A model generated the notes under the pieces. The model ran no database searches, had not been told where the DNA came from, and saw only the letters and a program-made list of their open reading frames with translations. From Anaerolineae bacterium (GTDB taxonomy: Bacteria; Chloroflexota; Anaerolineae; S140-20): a stretch of DNA of 64,000 nt. Below are positions 18,667-27,899 of the stretch, piece by piece. The stretch spans positions 32,001 to 96,000 of the forward strand of contig JALUTT010000059.1 in assembly GCA_027021705.1 (NCBI GenBank), read 5' to 3'. Every line of letters begins with the position of its first letter. Positions within the stretch are counted from its first letter, which is position 1. The position numbers and the translations under genes are program-made.

Positions 18667-19317
18667 TCAGTCCAGGGGTTGCTTGTCAATGAGGATGGTG
18701 CATGTCTCGTCTCCCTGGGCGATGCAGGAAACCTCTTCCACGTAGAAGTTCTTCCCTCCGCTGACCCAGTATAGCGATTCCTGCAGGATGCCCACGGCCA
18801 GGAAACAGGCCGGGTAGGAGGTGTGGCGTCCCCAGCAGACGGGACACCGTTCGATGATCCAGAAGAAGTGCTCCTCGTCCTCGTCCAGGCGCACCACCTG
18901 GTCGGTGAACTTGTTGAAGGTCTCGGCGAAGACCTCAAACCCCACCTTGAGCTTCATCCCCAGGGGGAGCAATCGAAAGGCCAGGTCGGCGATGCCCAGG
19001 ACAGGTCCAAATTCCTTGATGCCGTACTTGAAACAGGCCCGTCCGGCCCGTAGGGCCAGGCCCCGTCCTCCCCGGGGGCCGTACATCTCGTCGAGAGCCC
19101 GTTGGATGGCTCCGATCTCCTCGAAGCTGAACTGAAGGTCAAAGTTGTTGGGGGGGTAGTTGTTCACCCGATGTTGCAACCGAGCCAGGTTTAGCACTGC
19201 GTTGACCCCATTGCGTCCCATCACCTCCTCCATAGCCAGGAGGATGATGCGGCCCATCTTGTTGGGGTAGTGGTAGCCGGATGAGCGTTCTGTCGCAGCT
19301 TCGCGCATTGGTGTCAA
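18667..19317 (-). CDS. V4R (4-vinyl reductase) domain protein
   Basis: C-terminal CPVC...C...EVSCIAQGDETC pattern; start uncertain (19317 or 19308). Confidence 0.85.
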   Translation of the reverse strand: MTPMREAATERSSGYHYPNKMGRIILLAMEEVMGRNGVNAVLNLARLQHRVNNYPPNNFDLQFSFEEIGAIQRALDEMYGPRGGRGLALRAGRACFKYGIKEFGPVLGIADLAFRLLPLGMKLKVGFEVFAETFNKFTDQVVRLDEDEEHFFWIIERCPVCWGRHTSYPACFLAVGILQESLYWVSGGKNFYVEEVSCIAQGDETCTILIDKQPLD

Positions 19318-20123
19318 CCGCCCTTTCGTATCGGTGTGCTCGTGCTCAGAAAGTCCTGGATGGTCGCGATGAACCGCTCGGGTTCATCCAGCATTGGGAA
19401 GTGGCGGGAACGGGGCATCATCTGGACGCGGGCGTGGGGGACTCCCTGGGTGAGCATCTCTGCCTGATTGGGATTGACGATGTTGTCCCGCACGCCGAAG
19501 ACGCCTAGCGTGGGCACCCGGATCTCCTGGAGGCGGGGGAAGAGGTTGGTGTGGTGGAGATCCCCAATGCTTCGGAAGAAGGACTCGGTGTTGGCCTTCG
19601 AGACATCCCGGAAGATCATCCGGCGGACTTTGGGAGAATCCCCGGCTAGAACGATCCACATCACCATCCGGAGGATGAGGGGGATGCGCCAGATCAGATG
19701 GGCGATCCAGCGCACGCCGGCCAGCTTCAGGAAGAGGTTCAGCGACCGCCCGTCTATGGGAGAGCCCACGATGGCCACCCGGGTCACCCGCTGGGGGTGG
19801 TCGAGGGTGAGCTTGAGGGCCACGGTTCCCCCCATTGAGTGGCCGAACACCGGCGCCCGTTCAATCCCCAGCGCCTCCATGAACTGGTCCACCATCTGGG
19901 CGTAGGAATCAATTTTGAAGGGCGGTGCCTGCTCCTTGGCGGATTCCCCAAAGCCCCAGAAGTCGAGGGCGTAGACCTTGTAACGTCCCAGGCTCGCAAT
20001 GGCGATCATCGAGTCCCGCCACACATCCCAGGAGTTGATCCAACCGTGGAGCAGGATGACTGGCTTGCCCCGGCCATAGGCTTCGTAGTGAACAATCCCT
20101 TGGTCGGTAACAATGGAACTCAC
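19314..20123 (-). CDS. Alpha/beta hydrolase with an intact triad (GHSMG)
   Basis: HGW, DFWGFGES, GHSMGG, GVRD and RHFPM. Confidence 0.92.
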   Translation of the reverse strand: MSSIVTDQGIVHYEAYGRGKPVILLHGWINSWDVWRDSMIAIASLGRYKVYALDFWGFGESAKEQAPPFKIDSYAQMVDQFMEALGIERAPVFGHSMGGTVALKLTLDHPQRVTRVAIVGSPIDGRSLNLFLKLAGVRWIAHLIWRIPLILRMVMWIVLAGDSPKVRRMIFRDVSKANTESFFRSIGDLHHTNLFPRLQEIRVPTLGVFGVRDNIVNPNQAEMLTQGVPHARVQMMPRSRHFPMLDEPERFIATIQDFLSTSTPIRKGG

Positions 20124-20409
20124 CGTCTGTTCCTATCTCCCTCATCCCGCACGCAGGCGGTCGGGTTCCCCGGGCTCCGGGGATACCTCAGTCCTTTCGA
20201 CGCAGCAGGATAATTCGCAGACGCGCCCGCCACCGAAGGCAGGCGCGACCTGAACCAGAACCTTTGAACGGCTCAGGTGCCCGGCCCTCGCGAGCCAGCG
20301 TGCGGAATCGTCTGGACGCAGAACCCCTCTCCGATGATCCCCTGAGATCACAGTCGAAAGTGCCGGGCACCCTCTGATTCTGCCTGTAGCGATACAGGCC
20401 CCAGACGTG

Positions 20410-20967
20410 TTACTCGCTTTCCGCCTCTTCAGCGTCCATCCGTTCCAGAATGGAGTAGAGGAGTTCCAGGAGAACCCGCTTCACGCTCTCCCGGTCGGTG
20501 GCTACACAGGGCAGGACCTTCACGCCATCCTCAATCCGCAGGGCGATGCGCAGGTCCTCCACAGACCAGGCATCTTCCATATCCTGCTTGTTCGCCGCCA
20601 CCACGTAAGGGGTTGGGGCGTAGGCGCGGAAGGTGTCCAGGATATTCCGCGCCTCCCGGAAGGTCTCCGGACGCACACTGTCAATCAACACAATGAAGCC
20701 TAGCATTCCTTCGGAGAGGATCTCCCACATGAAGTCGAAGCGCTTCTGTCCGGGGGTGCCGAAGAGGTAGAGCACCAGGTCCTCGTCCACGGTGATCCGA
20801 CCAAAGTCCATGGCCACCGTGGTGCGCTCTTTGATACGCTCCGACTCGCTGGAGATTTTGCGCTCCGTGGAGACGACCTCGATCTCACTGATCGTCTGGA
20901 TGAACTGGGTTTTGCCTGCCGCGAAGGGGCCTGTGACGACCATCTTGACGGTTTGTACTTTGCCCAT
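20410..20967 (-). CDS. MglA/CvnD-like small GTPase
   Basis: GPFAAGKT P-loop, TTVAMDFG, LFGTPGQKRF and ANKQD. Confidence 0.92.
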   Translation of the reverse strand: MGKVQTVKMVVTGPFAAGKTQFIQTISEIEVVSTERKISSESERIKERTTVAMDFGRITVDEDLVLYLFGTPGQKRFDFMWEILSEGMLGFIVLIDSVRPETFREARNILDTFRAYAPTPYVVAANKQDMEDAWSVEDLRIALRIEDGVKVLPCVATDRESVKRVLLELLYSILERMDAEEAESE

Positions 20968-21043
20968 TGTCCTGCGACCACCCTGTTGTGTCAATGACGA
21001 GAAGTAGGATTGCTTAGTCGAGAAGGGAAAGGGCCGATGGGGC

Positions 21044-21889
21044 TCAGAGTTGCTTGATGCGGTCTATCAACCGCATAACGACGGAGCGCTTGACCGCTGG
21101 CGGCCGTTGGGCCGGCGGTGGGAGGGGAGCTTCCCGGCGCTCCCCACCCCGACTGGGTGGAGCGACCTCTCTGCCCTCTGGACGGACCAGTTCGACCAGC
21201 CCCGCCTGCAGCATCCCGTAGACGATCTTCCGAATCTGGAACTCGCTCATGTTGGTGGCTTGAGCGATCTGGCGGATGGTGTTGCGCGGGTTGATAAAGG
21301 AAATCACCCGCCACTCCTCAATGCTCAGGCTGATGTTGCGCAAGGAGGTGCCGGGGCGATCGGTGAAGCGCAAGGCCATATCCAGGTCGGGCAGTTCGTC
21401 CTGGAGCTGCTCCCACTCCTTCATCCGCCGGGTGCCCTCGATGATGACGTTCTCCAGGCCGATGGGCACCGTGATCCGTTCCGGCGGGGGGAGTTGATTG
21501 GGTTCGAAGCGGAACTTCCCATCCGTCCAGGTGAAGAGCTGGTAGACGATCTCCAGCATGTGCTGCCGCACGCTCTGCAGGATGTCCTTCTGCGTAACGT
21601 AGCCCGCGTTGATGAGCCAGAGTCCCAGCTCCTTGTCGTCCGTCGCGTTCACCTGGGCCTGGATGAGCCGGGTCTGCTCGGTCGTTAGCCGCCCTGCCTT
21701 GAGCAGAATCTGGTCCAGCCGGTTGTGCTGGTTGCCCAGGGAGGCATAGACCAGTTTCCCCTCGCGAAAGCAGAGGTCTGCCCGCTCTGAAGAGCGTTCC
21801 ACCGTCAGGGTACCCGTCTTTCGGGCCAGATTGATGAGGTTCAACAGTTGGGTAATGCTAAAATCACGCAGGTTTCCTTTTAATGCCAT
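21044..21889 (-). CDS. DUF4388 (PatA-N-like) domain protein with a C-terminal wHTH-like region
   Basis: MALKGNLRDFSITQLLNLI..KTGTL, WTDGKFRF; C-terminal TIRQIAQATNMSEFQIRKIVYGMLQAGLV. Confidence 0.88.
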   Translation of the reverse strand: MALKGNLRDFSITQLLNLINLARKTGTLTVERSSERADLCFREGKLVYASLGNQHNRLDQILLKAGRLTTEQTRLIQAQVNATDDKELGLWLINAGYVTQKDILQSVRQHMLEIVYQLFTWTDGKFRFEPNQLPPPERITVPIGLENVIIEGTRRMKEWEQLQDELPDLDMALRFTDRPGTSLRNISLSIEEWRVISFINPRNTIRQIAQATNMSEFQIRKIVYGMLQAGLVELVRPEGREVAPPSRGGERREAPLPPPAQRPPAVKRSVVMRLIDRIKQL

Positions 21890-22024
21890 GGCTCCCCGCC
21901 TTGCCGTCCGGTCTTGAAGACCTGCTTAGTTTGGCATAGTTGTCCCACGATCCTACGTCTCTCTATCCTTTCTCCCCCCTCCTGCTGCTCTGGGCCATAT
22001 GGGCAGACAGAAGAGGATATGGAG

Positions 22025-22053
22025 ATTATACCCGTTCTTATACAGCAAGTCAA
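22025..22053 (-). promoter_or_regulatory. sigma70 promoter heading the signalling cluster
   Basis: Minus strand TTGACT, 17 nt, TATAAT. Confidence 0.75.
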
Positions 22054-22305
22054 CCGTCTTCTCTCTCCGCGTCCCGCGCCCGTTTTGTGAGGTTCTCTCG
22101 GTTCGTCGGAACGACGAGGGCAGACAGGGTAGCCGGATCGCAGGGTGGTCGCCGGTTTGTTGGGCCTGTGCTATAATTACAGGGCGTTGTCATACCTCCT
22201 CTTTCAGTCCAAGCTGCTCGATGCGCCACGCCAACGTTCCCTCAGATCGCGCTTGCGGATCTGGGGGAAGCGCGGATCCAGCTACGAGCGCGGAGGGATA
22301 AGCCT

Positions 22306-23502
22306 ATGCGCATTGCACCTTTTCGGCATCCCGCGGCCACGGTAGGGGTGTTGGTCTCCTTGCTCCTGGGGCTGATGTTGGGACTGGGGGGCTGCAAGGG
22401 CCGAGAGGAGCCTACACCTACGGCGACTTTGCCGCCTACCTCGCCCCCCCGGCTGACCGCACCGCTGGTGCCATCGCCATCTCCCCCACCGACACCAACC
22501 CCGACTACAGCACCCACGCCAACTCCTACACCGGAGCCTACTCCCACGCCCTTGATGGACTTCCCCCCCGACGTGAACCCCTTGACCGGGGAGAAGGTGG
22601 AGGACGTCCGGGTCCTGGAACGTCGTCCTCTGGCGATCAAGATCTCCAACTCTCCTCCCATCGTGCGCCCCCAGGCGGGCCTGAGCTTCGCGGACTTGGT
22701 CTTCGAGCACTACGCTGAGGGCGGTGTCACCCGATTCACCGCTGTCTTCCTGGGGCACGACGCGGAGAAGGTGGGCTCTATCCGCAGTGGCCGCCTCATT
22801 GATCTGGAGATTCCGGCGATGTACAAGGCGATGTTTGCCTACTCGGGCTCCAGCGGTGGCGTCAAGGAGCGGATTCGCAACGCCGACTTCTTCCCCGATC
22901 GGGTAATCTCCCCCGACTTCGGCGTAGGTGCCCCCGTCTTCGTCCGCATCCCGGCCGAGGGCAAGGCTTTCGAGCACACCCTCTTCACCAGCACCCAGGC
23001 TCTCTGGCAGCTCACGGAGCAGCGGGGGCTAAACCAGCGCCAGGACCTGCGGGGGATGGTCTTCAGTGAGTCCCCACCCGCTGGCGGGCAGCCGGCCCGC
23101 TACGTCGAGATCCCTTACGCTGCCTCCCCAGCCGCCTGGGAGTACGACGAGGCGCTGGGGAAGTACCGCCGCTTCACCGATGGCCAGGTCCACACAGACG
23201 AGTTGACCGGCGAACAGCTGACAGCCGCCAACGTCATCGTCGTCTACGCCAACCACGTGGAGACCGACATCCTGGAGGATATGGTGGGCGGCGGCCACTA
23301 CTCCATCGAGATTCAGATATGGGGAGAAGGGCCGGTGACCATCTTCCGGGACGGGTTGATGTTCCAGGGCGTTTGGAAGCGATGGGCACGGGAGGAGATG
23401 CTGACCTTCTGGGATGCTCAAGGCAATCCGATCCCGTTGAAACCCGGCAACTCCTGGTTCCAGCTTGTCCCCCTCGACTTCCAGATCCGCGTGACGGAGT
23501 GA
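22306..23502 (+). CDS. DUF3048-like lipoprotein with a Pro/Thr linker
   Basis: Lipobox LGGC, PT repeats, NPLTG...RPLAIKISN...RPQAGL...EGGVTRF...GSIRSGR; extended -10 TGcTATAAT at 22169-22177. Confidence 0.85.
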   Translation: MRIAPFRHPAATVGVLVSLLLGLMLGLGGCKGREEPTPTATLPPTSPPRLTAPLVPSPSPPPTPTPTTAPTPTPTPEPTPTPLMDFPPDVNPLTGEKVEDVRVLERRPLAIKISNSPPIVRPQAGLSFADLVFEHYAEGGVTRFTAVFLGHDAEKVGSIRSGRLIDLEIPAMYKAMFAYSGSSGGVKERIRNADFFPDRVISPDFGVGAPVFVRIPAEGKAFEHTLFTSTQALWQLTEQRGLNQRQDLRGMVFSESPPAGGQPARYVEIPYAASPAAWEYDEALGKYRRFTDGQVHTDELTGEQLTAANVIVVYANHVETDILEDMVGGGHYSIEIQIWGEGPVTIFRDGLMFQGVWKRWAREEMLTFWDAQGNPIPLKPGNSWFQLVPLDFQIRVTE

Positions 23503-23606
23503 CCAGGTGGCGCTCCTCTCGATTGTTAAAGAGCGGTGAAAGTCAGTTTCATCCTAGCATGAAGCGGTGCAAGCGGTGTTACAGCCAGGTTACAAAAGCA
23601 TAAACA

Positions 23607-23660
23607 GCGCGTGGGGGAGGTTCTTGGGATCGCCCCACGCGCCTCTCTTTTCTCTCTTTT
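23607..23660 (+). terminator. GC hairpin followed by a pyrimidine tract
   Basis: GCGCGTGGGG (23607-23616) and CCCCACGCGC (23633-23642), then CTCTCTTTTCTCTCTTTT. Confidence 0.6.
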
Positions 23661-23671
23661 GTAAGTAATCG

Positions 23672-23770
23672 CCAGTCCCCCGGTGGGTTGACGATGGAAG
23701 TCCGGCGTATCGTCCGCTCATCCCTGGCGACGGTCGCATCGCCGTAGTCGTCGTAGGTGTAGGCGACCCA
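23672..23770 (-). pseudogene. Possible short relic of an RHS/YD-repeat gene
   Basis: Minus-strand frame WVAYTYDDYGDATVARDERTIRRTSIVNPPGDW carries a YxYDxxG signature and has no start. Confidence 0.35.
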
Positions 23771-23818
23771 TCAGGAGGGAGAGCGAAGAGGGAGGGGATG
23801 CGGAGGCGAGGTTTGAAG

Positions 23819-25360
23819 TTATGGAGGCGGTTCGAGGCTCAACACCGGTCCCGTGGCCGGGTCGGGTGTCGTCATCCAGAGGACGTGCCGCCCTGGGAAG
23901 GCGGCGATGACCCCCGCGTTGACCTCAGGACCGCTGTCCCGGGCCGTCACGATCTCCCCCCGCAGCAGCGGGTCGTTGTGGGTCAGCAGCGCCCCGTACT
24001 CTAGCCAGCGCTCGGCCCGGACGATGACCAGGACCGGTCGCAGCCCCGTGGCCTGAACCGCTTCCAAAGGGCGTCGGGTCACCCCGTAGAGGCCCTGCAT
24101 CCGGGCCAGCTTGGGGGGGAGCACCCGGGTGAGGTTGATCAGCACCAGGCCGAGGAGGAGGAGCACCAGCAGCGGGCGGAGCGCGGCCCTCCCCCGGTGC
24201 AGGACCGTCCTGTCCATCCCCGCCGGCCTTCCCAGCGCCCACAGCTTGCGCACCCCCACCGCCGTCAGCAGCCACAGGAAGGGGCTCCCCTCGAACTGAT
24301 AGCGCGGACCGAAGAGCGATCCCGAGGCGATCCAGTAGGTGCTCTGGACCAGGACCAGGGAGAGCGGGGGGAGGAGCAGGGCGCCGTCGCGCCGTCGCCA
24401 GGGGGGGAGCAGCAGCGCCACAGGAAGAAAGAGCCAGCTCAGGCGCGGCCAACCCAGCAGCTCCGTCGCCAGATTCCCCAGGTCGTAGAGGGCGTTGTAG
24501 TAGGCGATGGCGGGCGTGTGCCCCCCCTCCCGCCAGCCGTGCCCCGGCCCGAAGCCGATCCGGTCGTAGGGCCACCAGAGGGTGTAGAGGCTCAGCATCC
24601 AGCGGTGGACCAGGGCGTAGTTGTAGAGCAGGTAGAGGGGGATGGCGGGCAGGGCGGCCAGGGCCAGGATCAGAAGCCGTCGGCGCTGCGCCCGCCGACC
24701 GCCCAGGAACCGGACCAATCCGTGCAGTGCGAAGGGGAGGGCGATTCCGAAAGCGGTCAGAGGTCGGATGAGGATGGCCATCCCCAGGGCCAGGCCGGCC
24801 AGCAGCGGGGTAGCACGCCCGTCTCCCTGGAGCGTTCGGACGTAGAGCCAGGCGAAGAGGGTGAGGGCCAGGGCGGCGGCCACGTGGGCCATATGGGTCC
24901 CGGCCAGGACGAGGAAGAGGGGGGAGGTCGCCCCCAGGGCGGCTGCCAGCAGGCCCGTCCCGTTGTCGTAGAGGCTCCTCCCCAGCCCGAAGAGGGCGGC
25001 CATCAGCAGGCCGGCCAGCACCGGGTTCACCAGCCAGTCGGCGCCCAGCCGGACGCCAACGGCCAGGAGGAGGGGGAAGCCGGGCGGGTACTTGCTGAAA
25101 CGCCGGCCCTCCACATCCAGGACGAAGGGGATCCAGAACGCCTCTTCTCCGTAGGGCGGGGTGGGCACGTAGAGCCGCCCCAGGGCGAAGACCTTGGCCT
25201 GGAAGAGGTAGGCCACCTCGTCCTCCACGTGGGGGATGCCCTCGAAGACGAACCAGGCGATGGCCGCCGTTGCCAGCAGCGTGATCAGGCAGATCAAGAG
25301 GAGCAGGGTGCGGGGGGAGAGCAGCCTTGTCCAAGGCCCTGTTGCCGAACGTTCTGCCAT
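23819..25360 (-). CDS. GT-C membrane glycosyltransferase (ArnT/PMT-like)
   Basis: PHVEDEVAY loop, KYPPG and multiple TMs; ATG 25360 follows GGAGG; promoter TTGCCT-16-TATGAT (25406-25379). Confidence 0.85.
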   Translation of the reverse strand: MAERSATGPWTRLLSPRTLLLLICLITLLATAAIAWFVFEGIPHVEDEVAYLFQAKVFALGRLYVPTPPYGEEAFWIPFVLDVEGRRFSKYPPGFPLLLAVGVRLGADWLVNPVLAGLLMAALFGLGRSLYDNGTGLLAAALGATSPLFLVLAGTHMAHVAAALALTLFAWLYVRTLQGDGRATPLLAGLALGMAILIRPLTAFGIALPFALHGLVRFLGGRRAQRRRLLILALAALPAIPLYLLYNYALVHRWMLSLYTLWWPYDRIGFGPGHGWREGGHTPAIAYYNALYDLGNLATELLGWPRLSWLFLPVALLLPPWRRRDGALLLPPLSLVLVQSTYWIASGSLFGPRYQFEGSPFLWLLTAVGVRKLWALGRPAGMDRTVLHRGRAALRPLLVLLLLGLVLINLTRVLPPKLARMQGLYGVTRRPLEAVQATGLRPVLVIVRAERWLEYGALLTHNDPLLRGEIVTARDSGPEVNAGVIAAFPGRHVLWMTTPDPATGPVLSLEPPP

Positions 25361-25408
25361 AGGGACCTCCTCCCCGACATCATACCACAACCTGGCGGGG
25401 AGGCAAGC

Positions 25409-25437
25409 TTGCCCAAATGGTCACTTTGTGGTATCAT
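25409..25437 (+). promoter_or_regulatory. sigma70 promoter of the rpsF operon
   Basis: TTGCCC, 17 nt, TATCAT with an extended -10 TG. Confidence 0.7.
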
Positions 25438-25454
25438 ATCAGCCGCTGCGCCCG

Positions 25455-25500
25455 CTTTCCGCTCCTGACGGCGTTCAGGGGCAAACCCGTGGAAAGGAGA
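25455..25500 (+). promoter_or_regulatory. Probable S6:S18 autoregulatory leader
   Basis: CTTTCC pairs with GGAAAG (overlapping the RBS); inner hairpin GCTCCTGA/TCAGGGGC; unpaired AAACCCG. Confidence 0.65.
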
Positions 25501-25510
25501 ACGACATCTT

Positions 25511-25801
25511 ATGCGTAGCTACGAATTGACGTTTATCATTCACCCGGAGGTGGAGGAGCCGGACTTCAGTCAGCTCATCGAGAAGGTCAAGGGCTACATC
25601 ACCTCCAATGGCGGACAGGTGACCAACGTAGACATCTGGGGCAGACGTCGGCTGGCCTATCCCATTCGTCGGGTACGGGAGGGCCAGTACGTGTATATGG
25701 AGATGGAGATGGACGGTCAGGCCATCGCCAACCTGGAACGCAGCCTGCGCCTGACGGAACCGATTATGCGCCATCTGATCGTCCGCACCGATGAGGACTG
25801 A
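25511..25801 (+). CDS. rpsF: 30S ribosomal protein S6
   Basis: MRSYELTFII, WGRRRLAYPI, IMRHLIVR. Confidence 0.98.
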   Translation: MRSYELTFIIHPEVEEPDFSQLIEKVKGYITSNGGQVTNVDIWGRRRLAYPIRRVREGQYVYMEMEMDGQAIANLERSLRLTEPIMRHLIVRTDED

Positions 25802-25824
25802 GGAGCCTGGGAAGGAGAGGCGTA

Positions 25825-26211
25825 ATGGCAAGGGGGTTGAACAAGGTTATGATCATCGGCTATCTGGGCTCAGACCCAGAGATGCGCTATACACCCAGTG
25901 GACGCCCGGTGACCTCCTTCAGCGTGGCCACGACCCGCACCTGGACGTCGGCCGACGGAGAGCGGCGGGAGGAGACCGAATGGTTCAACGTGGTGGCCTG
26001 GGGGAACCTGGCAGAGATCTGCAAGCAGTACCTGAGCAAGGGGCAGCAGGTCTACATCGAAGGCCGTCTGCAAACCCGAGGCTGGGAGGATGAGCACGGC
26101 AAGAAGCACTTCCGCACCGAGTTGGTTGCCAGCGAGATGATCATGCTGGGGGACCGCCGGGGCGGCAGCGATGCCGGCGAACGCGAGCGCGACGACGAAT
26201 TCACCTTCTAG
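25825..26211 (+). CDS. ssb: Single-stranded DNA-binding protein
   Basis: NKVMIIGYLGSDPEMRYT, EWFNVVAW, YIEGRLQTR and acidic tail DDEFTF. Confidence 0.97.
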   Translation: MARGLNKVMIIGYLGSDPEMRYTPSGRPVTSFSVATTRTWTSADGERREETEWFNVVAWGNLAEICKQYLSKGQQVYIEGRLQTRGWEDEHGKKHFRTELVASEMIMLGDRRGGSDAGERERDDEFTF

Positions 26212-26229
26212 CCCTTCGCATAGAGAGAG

Positions 26230-26520
26230 ATGGAGCAAGGTATGAGCAATCACAGCGCCGGTCAATCCAGCCGTCGTCGGCGTCGGGTCCGGGGCCGACG
26301 ACGTTCCAAGGTCTGTGCCTTCTGCGTCGAGCAGGTGGACAAGATTGATTACAAGCAGCCGGAACTGCTGATCCGCTACCTGACGGACCAGGGGAAGATT
26401 CGCCCCCGTCGTCAGACGGGGACCTGTGCCCGTCACCAACGGCGGTTGGCCGTGGCCATCAAGCGGGCCCGCCACCTGGCGTTGTTGCCCTTCACGGCCG
26501 AACATCTCCGCACGATGTAA
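26230..26520 (+). CDS. rpsR: 30S ribosomal protein S18 (Zn-binding C+ form)
   Basis: [37 protein letters not shown]. Confidence 0.98.
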   Translation: MEQGMSNHSAGQSSRRRRRVRGRRRSKVCAFCVEQVDKIDYKQPELLIRYLTDQGKIRPRRQTGTCARHQRRLAVAIKRARHLALLPFTAEHLRTM

Positions 26521-26551
26521 TCCCCAACGGTCAAACATCGGACGTGCCGGG

Positions 26552-26581
26552 AAAGGGCATAGGAGTTTTCCTATGCCCTTT
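26552..26581. terminator. Terminator-like hairpin after rpsR
   Basis: AAAGGGCATAGGA-GTTT-TCCTATGCCCTTT, a perfect 13-bp stem. Confidence 0.75.
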
Positions 26582-26664
26582 GTGCGTGGGGTGACGGTCA
26601 CCTCAGGCTCACCGGCCTCCGATGGGGAACGCTACCCAGCCCACAAAGGACGCAAGGACGGGAA

Positions 26665-27843
26665 ATGGCCAAGAAGAAGCGAAAGAAGGCGGTTGCACCC
26701 AGGCTCACCCGCAAGCAGGTCTCCCGAGCAAAGCGGGAAGCCCGCCAGCGCAGGCTCCTGCTCATCGGCAGCGGCGTGGTGGCTGCCATCCTCGTTCTGG
26801 TGTTGGCCTGGGGGATCTACCACGACAAGGTGGCCGTGCCTAACCAGCCGGTGGTGCTGGTCAACGGGGAGCCCATCACCACCGCCGAGTTTCAGAAGCA
26901 GGTGATCTACCAGCGGATGAACATGATCGAGCAGGCTCGGGCCCTGCCCCAGTTGGCCGACCAGGTCCGCCAGCAGTTGGACAGCCCGCTGGTGCTGGGC
27001 CAGCAAGTGCTCACCGACCTCATCGAGGAGCGGATCATCCGCCAGGAGGCGGCCCGCCGGGGGATCACCGTCACCCCTGACGAGGTGCAGAAACGCATCG
27101 AGGAACTGATCGGCTATCCCTACCGGCCCACGCCGGAACCCCTGCCCACCCTCCCCCCACCGACCGTGCCCCCCACGGTGACGGTGACACCTCGACCGAC
27201 GCTGACGCCGACGCTGACGCCCACACCGATGAGCCGGGAGGCCTTCGAGGCGGCTTACCAGAGTGCCGTAGAACGGGCCCGCCGGGCCGGCCTCACGGAA
27301 GCGGACCTGCGTCGCTCGGTGGAGACGAGCCTCTACCGGGAGCGCCTGATGGAAGCGATGGGGCCGGAGTTGGTCCCCGAAGTGCAGGACCAGATCCAGA
27401 TCACCTACATCGTCGTCTCCACCACCCAGGAGGCCCAGGCGATGCTGGACCGGCTGGCGGCAGGGGAGGTCACCTTCGACGACCTGGCGGACGAGGTGCA
27501 GGATGACGACCGCCCCGATACGGCCAGCCGGGAGGTGGACTGGCAGACCCAGGACTTTCTGGGGCAGGTCTTCGGCGAGGAGACAGCGTCCCTGCTCTTC
27601 GAGCTGGAGGTGGGGGGCTACACCCGCGAACCGGTGCTGGGTCCTGACGGTCGGGTCTACCTGATCCGGGTGGACGGCCACGAGGAGCGTCCTCTCCCCG
27701 CCCTCGCGCTGGAGCAGTTGCGCCGCCAGGCTTTCCAGGAGTGGCTCGACGAGCAGGTGAACAACCCCGAGATCGTCCAGTACATCCTTGAAGGAGGAGT
27801 GCCCCGCTGGCAGGCCCGGGTACCTCAAGAGCCCACGCTGTGA
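26665..27843 (+). CDS. Membrane-anchored SurA/PrsA-like foldase with a degenerate parvulin domain
   Basis: Basic N-terminus, TM, VNGEPIT, LIEERIIRQEAARRGITVT and PT linker; parvulin HILV reads YIVV. Confidence 0.8.
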   Translation: MAKKKRKKAVAPRLTRKQVSRAKREARQRRLLLIGSGVVAAILVLVLAWGIYHDKVAVPNQPVVLVNGEPITTAEFQKQVIYQRMNMIEQARALPQLADQVRQQLDSPLVLGQQVLTDLIEERIIRQEAARRGITVTPDEVQKRIEELIGYPYRPTPEPLPTLPPPTVPPTVTVTPRPTLTPTLTPTPMSREAFEAAYQSAVERARRAGLTEADLRRSVETSLYRERLMEAMGPELVPEVQDQIQITYIVVSTTQEAQAMLDRLAAGEVTFDDLADEVQDDDRPDTASREVDWQTQDFLGQVFGEETASLLFELEVGGYTREPVLGPDGRVYLIRVDGHEERPLPALALEQLRRQAFQEWLDEQVNNPEIVQYILEGGVPRWQARVPQEPTL

Positions 27844-27899
27844 CGGGCCGCAGGAGGCGGGCAGCAGCCCCGGAATCCCCATTCCGGCGTTCTATCGGA

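Noticed and set aside
23559..23603. Mini-ORF MKRCKRCYSQVTKA with CxxC
   Set aside because: No RBS and too short to support
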